Below are positions 13,101 to 25,327 of a stretch of DNA of 64,000 nucleotides, in pieces. Source of the DNA: Haplodiscus bocki (Eukaryota); contig OZ296650.1 in the NCBI GenBank assembly GCA_965655095.1, positions 53,134,001 through 53,198,000 on the forward strand, given 5' to 3'. Below the pieces are notes generated by a model that saw nothing but the letters and a program-made list of their open reading frames with translations, ran no database searches and had not been told where the DNA came from. The translations under genes and the position numbers were made by a program. The stretch's first letter is position 1. Every line of letters begins with the position of its first letter.

Positions 13101-16100
13101 CCGAAATATGAGAAAAAAGTTCAATTAGTTACATCAAAACGTAAATTCTTCAGATTAAACTTTTTCGATTTCTCTAGAAGATCAAAAGTATTTCCCAATT
13201 TTTCGAAAAGCATTGAGAAATGAATTTTTTTCGTTGGAAAACAACTTTCGAGAAAAAAAGCCAACTCACCAAACAACCCCAAATTTTGTCAAAAAATCAT
13301 GTTGAATTAAAACAATGTGTTAACGAGTTTCAAAAAAATTGTAAAATGACCGACAGCGGGATAAAACCCACGACTTCTGACTCCCTAACCGCAGTGACAC
13401 CCAGACATTTGTGTTACACTAGAGACCAACTGCTCTGCCTCGCAATATGCAAAATCCGCGCGTCTTGGGCAATATCAGGAGGAAAAAACTTCGACCAGAG
13501 AAATGAATAATTTCCGTTTGAAGTTTTTTTTTCGACGGAAAATTATCAGACATTTTCAATAAAAACGCTCATCATGATTCAGCTCAGGCATTGGATGGAC
13601 GCAAAACAATCCTTTATAGTTGAGAATACTAAATGAAAGACTACTGAAAAACGAACTTACTTGTAATAAAAGTAAAACACCAAAAAATAGGATCAGCCGT
13701 CACAGATAGTTTGCAAATTCTAAATCAGGCGATTTCACAAATGAGCGCTACAAGGTTGCATGTAATTAAACAGTTTTCGGCAAACACACTTTTTAAAAAT
13801 TGACATGACTTTACCGGGATTTCCAAATTACTAGTCTGGACATTCCGCATGAGAAGTACAAATTGGGGTATTAATGCTACTCCGCCGAATTTCCGAAACG
13901 TGAGCAATCGATTCAAAACTGGATTGCAGTAATACAAGCGGACTCCTTCGAGAAAATCAACTCAAGAAAAGCAACCCAACTAAAACTTTCTAACTTCAAA
14001 CTATCTGTCAAGGTAAATTGCGTGAAAGGTATGAAAAATGACATCGCTGTTTCGTCGAAGCTCATCGATATTATGGGTCTCCGAAACAGCACACACCGTG
14101 TGACCCAGTAGAAATTGAAAAACTATTTTGAAATTAGAATCATCAAACTTCGAAGTTCAACCTACAAATCAAGATAATTCGCCTGAGACCGGATATTCAT
14201 TATTAGTCCCAGATTTTCCGAATACAGATGGCTGAGCTCAAACCGGTAGTGCTCGAGGAAATTACGACTGGAAAAAGACGCACAAGAAAACTTTTTGATT
14301 ATAAAAATTACTTCGTAGAAGAGGCAAGTTAGAAAATTTCGAATTTAAACTACAAGTCGACAAGACATGAAGCGGTAATGTAACACCGCGCGCAGTTGTA
14401 CTGCGATAATTTCCAGGAACGAGATGAAATGATTGAGCGAGCATACAACAGAAGAGATTCAAAGTTTTGACTACGTAGAAAAATGTCGAAAAAGACATTG
14501 TTGGAAGAAATCAAGCCGATAGCTTTACAAAATCCTGCGTTCGTATACCGCCAAGATAACAAGAACAAAACCACTTTTCAGCAACTTGGGCTGATAGTGA
14601 AAAATCTGTTGCATGCGGAAAATTCAAAGAATTCTATTTCCAGACCATACTACAGAAAGAAAGCTGTCAAATGAAACCCTGATGGAAGAACTCAAGCCAA
14701 TAGTTACGAAGAAAATTGGATTTGAACATATATATCAATATACCACAATTAATAATCTTTGGCAATTTTGGACTATGATGGTTCCCATGTTAGGATCAAG
14801 ATTCATAAATTTTCAACTGAATTGTTTTCTTCAACCATAGAGCTGTCGAATTAGCCCTTGACACAGGAAATCAAGCTGGTACTTTTGGAGAATTGTGTTG
14901 GAAAACCGAGATCTTATTGGTAACATTTTGGCCTATCTCGATCCGAACACAGAGGAAAAAGTGACTTTCTTCACAAATTCATCAATTAATAAACGGCTCT
15001 TGATTGACACCGGTGCAGTGAAGAGAGTAGTATTGAAGAAAAATGAAATCCAATATCGAGATGTGTCAATATTATCAGCTGTTTCAGACATTCTCTCAAT
15101 GTCATTCCCACAAAAGGGCGAAAACAAAAAAATTCGAAGTCATAGTCCGCCACAAATGGGTAGCTTCTGAATGACACTTTGACGCAAAAAGTCAAGCCAA
15201 TAGTTAATCAGAAATATGACATGGACTAGGGAGAGATGTGTCAAAATTAACAGCACGTTTTGCAGTTTTTGCACTATTAGGAATTCGACGGAAAGAAAAA
15301 ACTGACCATTTTCCCCTTGAATTGTCCTCCTCGGCAAAAGAGTTGCCGATTGAGCACTTGATACAAAAATTCAACCAGGTAGTTTGTGACATTATAAGAT
15401 TGAAAACCAAGATATGTAATTATCATTAACAATTTTTGGTTTTCGCATATTCGGCCTGTCAAGAATCAGACGCAAGGAAAAAAATGACAAATATTGTTTG
15501 GAAAATCCCATCCCAAACAAGAGGCTGTCGACAAAGCTCCGGATGAAACAACTGAACCATGAAGTTTCGGACAAAAGAGTTTCAAAATCCATCAGAATTT
15601 GCTGTTTTCGCCATGCAGAGATCAAAGAACGTGGGGTTTCACCAATGGCAATCTCGAAGTACTTTTGTCACCTTTGGTTCCATTTATTCATATGTGAAAT
15701 GAAAGATTTATAATTGTTTCAGTTTTTCTGACGAATCTCATGCTATCAATACTTCATTCTACGTCTCCAGAGGAAGAATTCGAGCAGTTTTCTGTTGAGT
15801 TTCGTATGTTTTCTATGTTTTTAGACTCTGAGTGAGAAATTTTATGCTGGTTTTGTCAAAACTGTGCCTTACGTGTCCACGGGAACATTTTGCGAAAAAC
15901 TAACAACCAATATATAACTTTTACCAGTCTCCGAGCCAAAAAATTTCAAGACCGTTGCCACAAATGCATTTCAATGGTCCAGGCAAACATTTCAGCCGAC
16001 CAATTTATATTTAACTTTTTTGGAAGTTGAGCCAAAAAATGGACTTTGAGCGAAAACTTTTCGACAAAGTTCTCAAAATTGCTTTTCTACGTGTCCAGCG

Positions 16101-19100
16101 GAAGAACATTTCTCAATGAACATAGAGAAAAAGTATGAAATTTTAAAAACTTTGAGCAAAAATCTTGCGGAGTTTGACAAAAAATTCTTCGTTAGGGCAG
16201 TCAAAAACGCACTCTGCGTGTTCTGGGGAGCGTTACGGGCGAAAACATATTTTTTACTCTAATGTTACGCGTTTGACGCAGCTACAATTGGCATATTTTC
16301 TCGTAGAGAAAATGATAAACAATGATATTGGCTTTCCTTTGTAAAATATTACGACGGAATAAAACGGGGCATCCCTGCTATTACAGACTTCCGATAATGC
16401 GGGATTGGGAAGGAGCAGTAGATGGCCAAAATCCAATCCGTATTTATTGAGAAAAACACCTTTAAGAAGAGTCAAAACTTGCCGAATCTTCGAAAAATAA
16501 CGGATATGAAAAGTATTGCCATCCAAACTTTCGGTATTTGAAGAGCCTCTTGTTCAGCAGTGGATGCATGCAGTCTACAAAAACATTCCAAAGCAAAACC
16601 TATTTTAGCGTCATTTATCAGCAATAATCGGGAAACAGTAAAGCTATACAACTATGTTTCCTTGATCGTTATTTGCACACCGGTTCGATTACTCTTAAAT
16701 CCCGCGCTTGCGTAACAAGCTGCACAAAAAAGCGAAGTGAAAGTCCTGCCAAACATCCACTAGCGAGTTACTCAAAATCAGGTGGAAGTTCTCAACCATG
16801 GGTAAAAAAATCCCAGACTAAAACAATTCCAAAACATTTGCTTGACGCAACATGAGACAGCAGTGAAGCTAGGCTCCACAAAAACTTATTTTACCAAGAC
16901 AAACTAACTCGAATTTGAAATGCAATATCTCGCAAAAGTCACACACTGCTAAAATTACACCACCGCTGATTGAAACATGAGATGTCCGGCAACTCACAGC
17001 CAAGTTGCTGTAGAATTCTGAATGAACAGAATGGAATTCGTTGTGAAGTAAATAAATCTGGCACTGTACGAACAAACTTTTCTTTATCTAAGCAGCCGGA
17101 ATGGAACCGAAAATTGCAATAATGTACTATCGAAAAACATCAGAGAAAAACCATCCAAACCACACTACCTCTAATCCTCATAACCCTACGACGCACCTGG
17201 TAGACAGTTGAGCGGTGGATGACCGAAGTCTGAACAAAAGTCACTGAGAAACAAGCCTCTGGGCCAAGAGGCACGATATAACTTATGATTTTCACTAGAA
17301 AAATCAGATAAAAGGCAAAGTAGGTGCAAAACCAACTACCTCTGCCAACTTGTAGATCTAACACGCAATGAGAAATCGAAATAACACATGATGGACGGAA
17401 TTGAAGAATTGGTCGGCGAGACACTTTCAACGGTCGTCGTCAGAGAAAACAAGTTCGATTTTTCAAAAAAACTCTTGCGTAAAAAAATACAACAGTCATT
17501 CTTCAAATCCATAGGAGCTCAAGATAGCGAATATTTGATTGAGTTCAAAGTGAACGCTTTCCAATCACTAGCCATGGAAAGAGTCTCGAGAACAACTCCA
17601 CAGAAAATATTTTCGACTCATCAGCTGAAAGTCACAATTCTTCGTAAAAAAAATACAGAATACCATCCAATCCACTCCGCAGACCCTCTATGCAGTGAGT
17701 ACTGCAATCAGTTCAGGAGAAAATCAATCCAACCTCTGATCATTGAGAAAAAGATTTCAATTATTAACGCAATTAGAAAAAAATTGAATTCTAATTGACA
17801 ATTGATGATTGTTGGCGTAAAAATCATGAAAAATGCAGTCCCTTTCACTGAACAAACATTGCGGCAGATTAGTCTCTAGAAACCTCCAAACGTTGCAATC
17901 CCATCCATAGTCAATAAAGAAGAACGTTTCAATTAGAAGTTTCCCAATTCGCCGGGAACGCAGCTGTTTTCTATGTATGTTTATGTGAGTAATATTTGTA
18001 AGACTGCAAGAGCGGATGGCACAATCGGTACCGCGAACGGTTGCAGAGTCACATGTTTCCGCTTCGAGCCCCACGGGAACCGATAAAAATTTCTCGGAAG
18101 TAAAACAGAATCTCGGAAAGTGCTTTTTAAATGACTGCAAAAAAAATAAAGTGGGTCCTCAACCGTAGTGCACTTGCTCCCCTCGCATTGTGAGTGTATG
18201 AACAAGATGGAAATAAACTTGGGTTTCAATACACATTCCACCATTCAGATAGATTATGTAAAAACTAAGACAAATATACCGACCCAAGGCGGATAGGACT
18301 TCGGTAAATTTTGGTATAACCATAGGTTCCACCTTAACCCTTTACTGTTTTCCCGCAAATTGGGAAAAAAGAATTCAAAATATTCCGAGGTTTACAATTT
18401 TCTACAAGCATATTGACTGGGGGAAAAAGAGAACAAAGTTCAAATTTTTTCGATTTGCGCGCTCTCACCTTTATTATGATGGTTCGTAAGGTGCCTCATG
18501 TACTCCCATGCAGCTTTGATGCGTTTGAAAAAAAAATCAAAACAAGTTCAAAATGTCACAAGAAAATCATTAGGTTAGTGGAACTCGCAAAATGTACCAA
18601 AAAGCGTCAAAAAAACCTGAGTAAAACCAAGTATTTCTAAAATTAAAATTTTCCGAAGTCGTAATAAATGCGGACCCTGATCTCAACATGACATTTTCAT
18701 CTCCACAATCACAGGCTCCACCAGCTTGACTCCTGAACATGTTGTAATCATGGCCCTCATGGTCAGCAAGCTGGAAACATTGACTGCATAGAGACATGCA
18801 AGGAGATAAAGCACATGTTTTGCATCGATAGGCAAGAAAGTTGTGGGTCCAAACTCGGCCACATACTCTGGAATCGTCAAAATCCGACAGTTCCTAAAAC
18901 AAAAAAAAAATTTACAATCTTCATTGTAATATTGACCAACACTCTGAGTTATAACAATTCACAAATGCAAGCGCCTGACAAGACGGTGAGGGCGACTAAG
19001 GCTCAGTATACTTAAGAGTGGGAGGATTTGACTTTTCGAAAAAAAATTCTGAAAAAGTACATAAAAAGTGGTGACCAGGTCGGCACCGCTCGTAAGGCTC

Positions 19101-20254
19101 AAAACATCCATGCGGACCATTTGGTCTGAAAAAATTGTGACTTTTCCGACAAAAAAATGGTAATCACGTTTTTTGTCGTAACAATTTTGTCGCAGTGTAC
19201 ACGGTGAAAAAAGCCTTTGTAATAATTAACCACTTGTATGAAAGGCACCGGCTAACAATGGGTATTCACTCAATTTTAGTCGAACAACTTTTCTCTCACA
19301 TTGTCGAAAAACTTTTCGAGTTACACTTCGGTGCTGTGGAAAATTTTTAGCCGATCTATAAAGAGCTGTCCATTCTTTTCGGCAATGGAAACATTTTCTG
19401 ATTTGTCACATGCAAAACAAACAGTGTTTTTCAAATGAGGACCATGTAAAGCGGTAATATCTTCACATACTGTTTCCCAGTTTTTCTAACACCAATTTTG
19501 AGCTTCTCCAATCCGCATCACTGACGTACATTTGCTGAACTGGTTTTCCAATACGCGCATTTACCCGAAAGAACACCAACCAACATTTGTTAAAAGCAAC
19601 AAGCCCATAACGTGCAACGTTGCCGTGCACGTAAGGCTCAATATACATGATAGGTGAGCTGTAGATAATAATCAATAGGTGTTAATAATTTCTAATTGAA
19701 AAGTTAATGTCATACTGCCGAAAAACTTCGTATAGTGGGCTTTTTGACGTTTTAAGAAATTGTATTTGTTTCATTGTTTCATAAACTGGTTGGTGGTGAC
19801 TTTTTGCTGGCTATTCTTCTTTTCAATGTGCACAAAATATCGACTCGTCATTTTCGTCGAACACACGGTAAAAGAAAACAACCCACTGTAATAGTCGAGC
19901 ACTTTTTGCTTAATGTAAAAGCATAGACAAAAAGACTTTCAAAAACGAACGAACCTGTTTGAAATCTTCTTCCAAGCTCCCTCGGCAAACAAGGCAGGTG
20001 ATACAATCCGTATTTAAAAATTTGTTCTCATTATTACATGCATTGTTGGCCAAAGGGCAGGGATAGACTTCATTAGCCTGTGCCACAGAAAGTGAGAAGC
20101 TGGAAGGACTGCGCACATCCAGAAGTAGATCCAGAAGTCTGTCTAAACGGACCTTTGATGAGGCGGGGTCTCGAAGAATGTCAGCCTCCACCTGTTTAGC
20201 TAGGGCAGCTAAAAACGGCCGGGTACCTGCGTCTTGTGCCGACGCTGCAGCCAT
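3892..20254 (-). CDS. UBR3: E3 ubiquitin-protein ligase UBR3, spliced gene span (5' part only; 3' exons not found)
   Basis: Phase-consistent exon chain 19955-20254, 18676-18893, 9288-9412, 8275-8433, 7976-8062, 6514-6662, 6197-6437, 5525-5829, 4266-4361, 3892-4191. It encodes the UBR box [63 protein letters not shown]|FCCQH and the UBR3-typical blocks [34 protein letters not shown] and LWLRNG. Confidence 0.93.
4266..4361 (-). CDS. UBR3: UBR3 exon (96 nt, not in ORF track)
   Basis: TTTCAG acceptor, AAT|GTAAGT donor; open only in phase 0 ([32 protein letters not shown]). Confidence 0.72.
4480..5185. repeat. Intronic repeat with a ~225-nt tandem duplication and a terminal palindrome
   Basis: GCTACCACCGGCA at ~4486 and ~4714 starts the duplicated units; perfect palindrome CCACATTATATAATGTGG at 5154-5171. 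Confidence 0.6.
5525..5829 (-). CDS. UBR3: UBR3 exon (3' boundary requires a GC donor; the GT alternative ends at 5521)
   Basis: TTTCAG acceptor, phase 1; [14 protein letters not shown]...[19 protein letters not shown]...[10 protein letters not shown]. Confidence 0.88.
6197..6437 (-). CDS. UBR3: UBR3 exon
   Basis: CTTAG acceptor; [11 protein letters not shown]...[18 protein letters not shown]; A|GTATGT donor. Confidence 0.92.
6514..6662 (-). CDS. UBR3: UBR3 exon
   Basis: TTGTAG acceptor; [33 protein letters not shown]; AAG|GTTTGC donor. Confidence 0.9.
6715..7948 (-). mobile_element. Helentron/DINE-like element, long complete copy in a UBR3 intron
   Basis: Left GCCACTTAGGGCGGACAGGACTTCGGAAAA; right TTTCCGATGTCATA; internal repeats and core present. 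Confidence 0.65.
7976..8062 (-). CDS. UBR3: UBR3 small exon (not in ORF track)
   Basis: TTTAG acceptor, open frame [29 protein letters not shown]|GTGAGT donor; symmetric phase 1/1 in a variable region of the protein. Confidence 0.65.
8275..8433 (-). CDS. UBR3: UBR3 exon
   Basis: CTTCAG acceptor; [12 protein letters not shown]...[24 protein letters not shown]; G|GTAGTA donor; phase 1/1. Confidence 0.85.
9288..9412 (-). CDS. UBR3: UBR3 exon completing the UBR box (not in ORF track)
   Basis: TTCCAG acceptor, phase 2; [41 protein letters not shown]; T|GTGAGT donor. Confidence 0.9.
9750..15650 (+). repeat. Unclassified dispersed element with ~175-nt degenerate tandem units (arrays at ~10300-12950 and ~14200-15650)
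   Basis: Anchor motif GAAATCAAGCCAGTAGTTACGGAG recurs at roughly 165-180-nt spacing (e.g. ~11891, 12068, 12242, 12409, 12588, 12751, 12929); collinear with 27230-30100. Confidence 0.75.
13345..13440 (-). other. tRNA-derived (Pol III promoter-like) segment within the dispersed element
   Basis: Minus strand GGCAGAGCAGTTGG...AGAAGTCGTGGGTTTTATCCCGCTGTCGG; homologous to 29590-29685. Confidence 0.4.
15740..16250. repeat. Degenerate ~110-nt minisatellite
   Basis: TTCTACGTGTCCAGAGGAACATTT-like motif at ~15758, 15868, 15972, 16086, 16212. Confidence 0.65.
18272..18663 (-). mobile_element. Helentron/DINE-like element, short complete copy
   Basis: CCGACCCAAGGCGGA-TAGGACTTCGGTAAA ... TTTTCCGAAGTCGTA: asymmetric sub-terminal inverted repeats plus a terminal hairpin. 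Confidence 0.7.
18676..18893 (-). CDS. UBR3: UBR3 exon encoding most of the UBR-box zinc finger
   Basis: TTTTAG acceptor; [27 protein letters not shown]...[15 protein letters not shown]; GG|GTCCGC donor, phase 2. Confidence 0.95.
19955..20254 (-). CDS. UBR3: UBR3 first coding exon
   Basis: ATG at 20254 (MAAASAQ...[14 protein letters not shown]); CAG|GTTCGT donor, phase 0, joins the UBR-box exon in frame. Confidence 0.8.
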
Positions 20255-20377
20255 TATGTTCGAGGCCTTGCAGCTCGCTAACTATAGTTAAACTAAAATA
20301 GGAAGTTTTGAAAACTTGCGTGTATTATATTCTCTCACCTCGCAAAAGCAGCTGATCATAGAAAAAACAAGACAGCA

Positions 20378-20715
20378 TAAAAACAGCCGGCCAAGGCGAA
20401 TAGGACTTCGGAAAATATTTGGGATAACCATGGTGTCGCCCTTAACCCTTATTCCATTTTCCCACGAATTGGGCTGAGATTTCAAAAGTTCCAGGAGTTT
20501 ACACTTTTGAATACATTAACTGGAAAACAAGAAAAATTTCAATATAATTTTATTTGCGCGCTCTTTCCACTGCTACCATGGACCGTATGGTCCCTCTCAA
20601 ACTCCCACTCAGCTTTGGTGCATTTTGAAAAAATTAAATTTTCCAAACGTCGCACGACGTTCTTTGAATCTGACGAGTAACACTATAAATACTTCTTAAA
20701 AATAAAAATTTCCTA
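20378..20715 (-). mobile_element. Helentron/DINE-like element, short copy just upstream of the UBR3 ATG
   Basis: GCCGGCCAAGGCGAATAGGACTTCGGAAAA left end; core collinear with 18272-18663. Confidence 0.68.
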
Positions 20716-22329
20716 ACCAGAAGATTTTTTCTGTTGACCCCTTTTCTTCCAGTAGAAACGAGAATTTCAATTCTCCCACGAGGATGCGAGCTTTTTCTGA
20801 TTGGCTAAATTTCACACACCCGTGAGTTAAACGATTCAGGCGCTTATTACTTCGCATATGCATTTTGGAGTTGCGGAACTGTTTAAGTAAGTGGGGAAGG
20901 TTAAATCAGTGGTGGGGGGGGCAGTTAACAGAAAACATTCCAAGACAGATTTTTTTCCGAGATTAAACGAAGAATTAGTTTTCCCGAGAAGAGCTGCAAT
21001 GGCGTTAATACCAGTGTCAATTTGGTCTTTCTGACATCTGGAGATTCAGCCTCGCCACTATCGTCGAGTCAGCTGATAACGAACCCTTTTACATGAATAA
21101 AGGGTCAACTTAAAAGAATGATGCGTCCATCAATACCATTTTCGCAAAAGGATTGTTTGCTTGTAAGGGAAAATGTCCGCTCATAACAAATGCCAAAACC
21201 CAATCATACTATACAGAGCGGAAGCTGCACTCAGCAATTATTGCACCAAAAGAATACTACTGTACTAACACTGAGGCAAAGCTGTCCTCCGCAACACTCG
21301 CGAAACAAACCTCACTTCGAAGAGGTAGTCATCAAAACATCTTAGGGGTAGAGGTTAAACCAAATCTAGGGAAAAGCAACAAGTTCGTGAATCAAACTGC
21401 TGCTCATTCAAAGTACGGCAGAATTCACCAAGTTTCCAGAACTTGCATGTTTGGACTGATCCACACGCAACACCGGGCATCCGGTCATTGGAGTCTGAGA
21501 ACAATTTTGACGAATAACGCCACAAGTCAAGAATTTTTTCATCCTCAAGTAGCTGACATGCAAGGTAGAGAAACATTGCCCGCGTCGGCTACCAGAACTT
21601 CTGCATATTCATTGATTGACACACAGAGCTGCGCACCTGATAAGATCGATAATTTCCAATGATATCAATGTTGACAAATGCTTCAAACTGAATCCCATTT
21701 GATTTTCTAGTTTTTAAAAAAACAATCTTTCTCCGCATAAGAAGGCAAGAAAATCCAATACACATCGCACATCGATCTTCAGGTCCACGAGTAGTCATTC
21801 AACGCGTAATGATACCTTCAAAGAAAGACGAAAGTGAACCCTTCGTTGATTTTCTCATGCAAGTAGAAAAATTTGAATTACCAGCAAGAAGACAACCCGT
21901 GGTACTCTGTACAATCAACAGGTAGCTTGCGTTTGAATATTTTTTAATATGGCGCAGGTTGGACGCAGTTGGACCAATAGTTTTCAAGATGAACTCAATC
22001 GAACGACGCAAATAAAAATTCCCCGATTTTTCAATAACAAGTCACGATTCTTCGACGAGGAAAGTCAGAAAGTGATGATACCGGATGCCTCGCAGAGGCT
22101 CTATGCATCGAGACTTCGAATAAATTCTGGATGAACGCACGCGGACCAACAGTTTTCAAGAAAATCGCTTCTTACGAACAACTGAACTAAAATTATCATT
22201 AAATTTTTAATTACAGGTTGATATTTATTAATAAAAAAGTACAAAATAACTCATCCCTGCTACTTCGCAGATGCTCTAAGTCGTGAGTGGTTGACTCAGC
22301 ACCGCGTGAACGCAATGCTTTATAATTGA

Positions 22330-22700
22330 AGAAAAACGCCTTTCAGGAAAGCTATCAAAACAATTTTTGATTTTGTTAAACAACGTTTTGGAACCCTGTT
22401 GCTCATTTTTCAGACAGATGTTCAAAATGTTTGCACTTTTCATAATGCGACAATAAACAAGTACCTGCCAATATGTTTCACAAAGGGCCCTTTTTGACCG
22501 TTTACAATATATGGCTACATTCTCTGATGACATCATAAAATGCAAGTTTTCGACAGGATAAAAAACTATGCATAAGCCGGCTTCCAATACACATTTTTCC
22601 TTCAAATCCAAATGTGTAAAAAAAAACTGGATTAATCCCATTATGAACAAGCATCAATCACTAAAAAATTGAACGATGAAAGTAAAGTCGCACGTTAAAA
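22330..22700 (+). repeat. Fragment homologous to the left flank (9780-10090) of the ~175-nt-unit element
   Basis: Shared collinear words AAACAAGTACCTG, ATGACATCATAAAA and ACAGGAT. Confidence 0.6.
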
Positions 22701-23819
22701 TCAGCCAAGTTGGCGACGCTTCAAAGAGTCGATATAATGAAAGAGTCTGTTTAGGGAAATCTATTCTTAGGAAACGGGAAGAATGGTAGCACAAAAAAAT
22801 TCGAAAGCCACTTCGGAAACTTTTGGTAAATGCAACCCTGTAGATCTTTTTACACTCGACAAAGAATCTTTCAGTCAGCAGAACCGAAGTCCTCAATGAA
22901 GAACACTCCGATTCTTTGCATTGGAAGATGGTCAGTTACCATACGATAACTCAGAAATTTATAATGATCTGAAATCACATCAATTTAGCCATTGAGGAGT
23001 TTCGGATAAGAGACCCCGAAGTTTCGTTAGAACTAGCTGAAAACGCGATTTTTCATACTTTCGCAAAATTGCTGAAAGCTTATCACAACCCACTTATCGT
23101 TTTGAATGGGACACATAGACCAATTCTGACTTACATACATGAATATTGCAATCCCGAAACAAAGCTTCCAGAGACAAACGTCAAGATTTGAAGAATACAG
23201 CTTAAATTTTGGGGGAAAACATTCACAGCGTAATTAAAAATTTTACTGTGCGGTAAATCAGGTTCGCTTCATTATGTCTATGCAAAAATCAGAACGCTAC
23301 TATTAGGTCCTAAGACCGTTGTAGAAGGTGTCCCAGTAAGTAGTTTTTCTAGAGCGCAAGGAAGCTCGCTCCAAGCACACAGTAACCGGTACTTAGGAAA
23401 GCAAGCGTGCATAGTAACTTAGTGCAATGCAATGACGCTAAGTGCAATGATTAGATATGGATGAAAAATTTCATCAAAAAGAATTGAGATACTCTAGTTT
23501 TCTGTAGAAAACAGTGGCGCCCCGAATAGATCGCATTACTAGCAAACATCTATAAATGCCATACCAATTTTTTTTGTTTGGACCAAATCCAGATGGAACC
23601 GATATTTTACCTCCTGGATGCCATGACAAACTTCAAGCAGTAATTTAAAATGTTACAAAAAAAATGCTAAAACTTCCAATATAATGCTTCTCACGCACTC
23701 ATTTCCAATCAACTTTGAACTAAGCACTTTGTAGCTCCACGGAAACCTATCGACGGAAGCCTGTTTAAATGCTGCAAGCAGAGCATTTTTGGATTTTTAT
23801 TCATCTGCCTAGATGATCC

Positions 23820-24102
23820 TCCAGAGATATCTTGCAAGGATCTTACAAGAACGGAGTTATCTTGCAAGTGCAGCAAAATCTTGCAATTTTTTGAAAGAAT
23901 CTTGCAAGGAAACGTCTGATCTACTGAACAGGCATTTCTTGCAAGAAAAACGAACAAATCAGAAGTCTCTTGCAAGAATCTTCCAAGATCTTGCATTTCT
24001 TGCAACTTTAGCAAGATTATCGCATTTTTCTGCAAGAATAATGCATTATCTTACAAGATCTTGCAAGAAACTTGCAAGTTTTGTCTCACAGATTAACGAG
24101 GG
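23820..24102. repeat. Array of the palindromic decamer TCTTGCAAGA (MITE/satellite-like)
   Basis: More than a dozen exact or near copies of TCTTGCAAGA within ~270 nt. Confidence 0.8.
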
Positions 24103-25037
24103 TTCTCGAGAAGACGCATGTGCACTTCTAGTACATGACAATTCTTACTTTAGTGATCAGAACTCTCAAGACCATTTCGAAAATGTACTAAGCAAAGCAA
24201 TGGGAGTTTTTGGATATATCAACTTAATGCCGCCCATATTTTAATATGAAAAACGATTTCCTTACCGCGAGCGTTTTTCACAAATACTTGCCAATTGCAC
24301 GATCCTGGAAAAATGCCAGCGATTTTTTCAAGCAATAAAATGTAGCAAATTTTCGAATGTCTTTGGAATGATGGTAGGCTTAAAAAAACTCTTTTGAATG
24401 AACGTTAGTGTTTTCTTGAAAAAAATCTAGAAAGGGACAAGGTAACAAGTTTGTCATAGTATGTGCCAAGAAAAGTAGTTTACAAAAACACACATGCCAC
24501 CAGTTTTTTTAAAAAATTTTTTTGACCGTGATTTCTAGGTTAAAAATAACTTTGCATAAAAAAGGCCCATTTTTACAATTGAAACTTTTCGATTTTTCAA
24601 TATTATTGGATGGGGTCCCTTAATATACCCCTTAGTTAGCTAGCAATCAAGTTCTTACTACTTCAGATTAGCATAACAAAATTGCCAGCAAAAAAGCTGA
24701 GAGCAAATGCTTTCCAAAATTCCAATCGCTAAATTCTTTTAAACGCAGTTTAGCAAATGCTTCAGTCAAATCCGCATGAAATCGCGGTTAGTACACGTAC
24801 GCTCATTCGTAATTTTTGCATGTTTGATATTTTAAAGCAAACCGAAGAAAAAGCTTTTCATACACAGGCTGCAGCCTTGAAGACCAATAAAATAAAACTT
24901 GAGAGAAATCGAAATTTAACTGCTTTCATGAATTAAATATTAATCATCAATTTTCATCTCACTTCTCAGCGTCATTTATGGAAACAAAATTTTAGACGAA
25001 ATCTCAGAGAAATAGAAAAACAAAACTCAAACAAAAA

Positions 25038-25327
25038 TCAAGCATTGAGATTCTTGCGCTTCTTGAACAAGGATTCCCTACGCGGTTTCTCTTCCTGTGC
25101 ATCAGCTGACACGTCGCTTCTCTTTGGATAATTGAAAAATTCGCAATGTAATTCATGGACGGTCTCTTTGAATACGTCCGTCAAAACTTTTGGAGGCGCT
25201 GCTTTAGATTGAGCTTCCGATACTCCTTCGCACAACGTCTCTGTGTTATTTGCTTGGTTGGCTGGATTCGGCTTTTTCAAAATGGATTTAGTCTCTGTTT
25301 CATCAACAATTCCTGAGCTCACGTTTC
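25038..25327 (-). CDS. URI1: URI1 last coding exon
   Basis: TTGCAG acceptor, phase 1 matching the previous donor; KSILKK and the terminal KPRRESLFKKRKNLNA-stop. Confidence 0.82.

Noticed and set aside
20665-20705. CTGACGAG resembling a hammerhead ribozyme core (also at 2511)
   Set aside because: No GAAA follows the stem in the required position; the sequence is better explained as the CGAGTA...TACTCG hairpin of the Helentron-like terminus.
21153-22134. 169-aa plus-strand ORF and nearby minus-strand ORFs
   Set aside because: No recognisable motif or coherent splice structure; possibly an old TE relic, but I cannot support a call.
23709-24244. Overlapping 108-aa and 143-aa ORFs
   Set aside because: Artefacts of the stop-poor palindromic TCTTGCAAGA array (LARILQE repeats).
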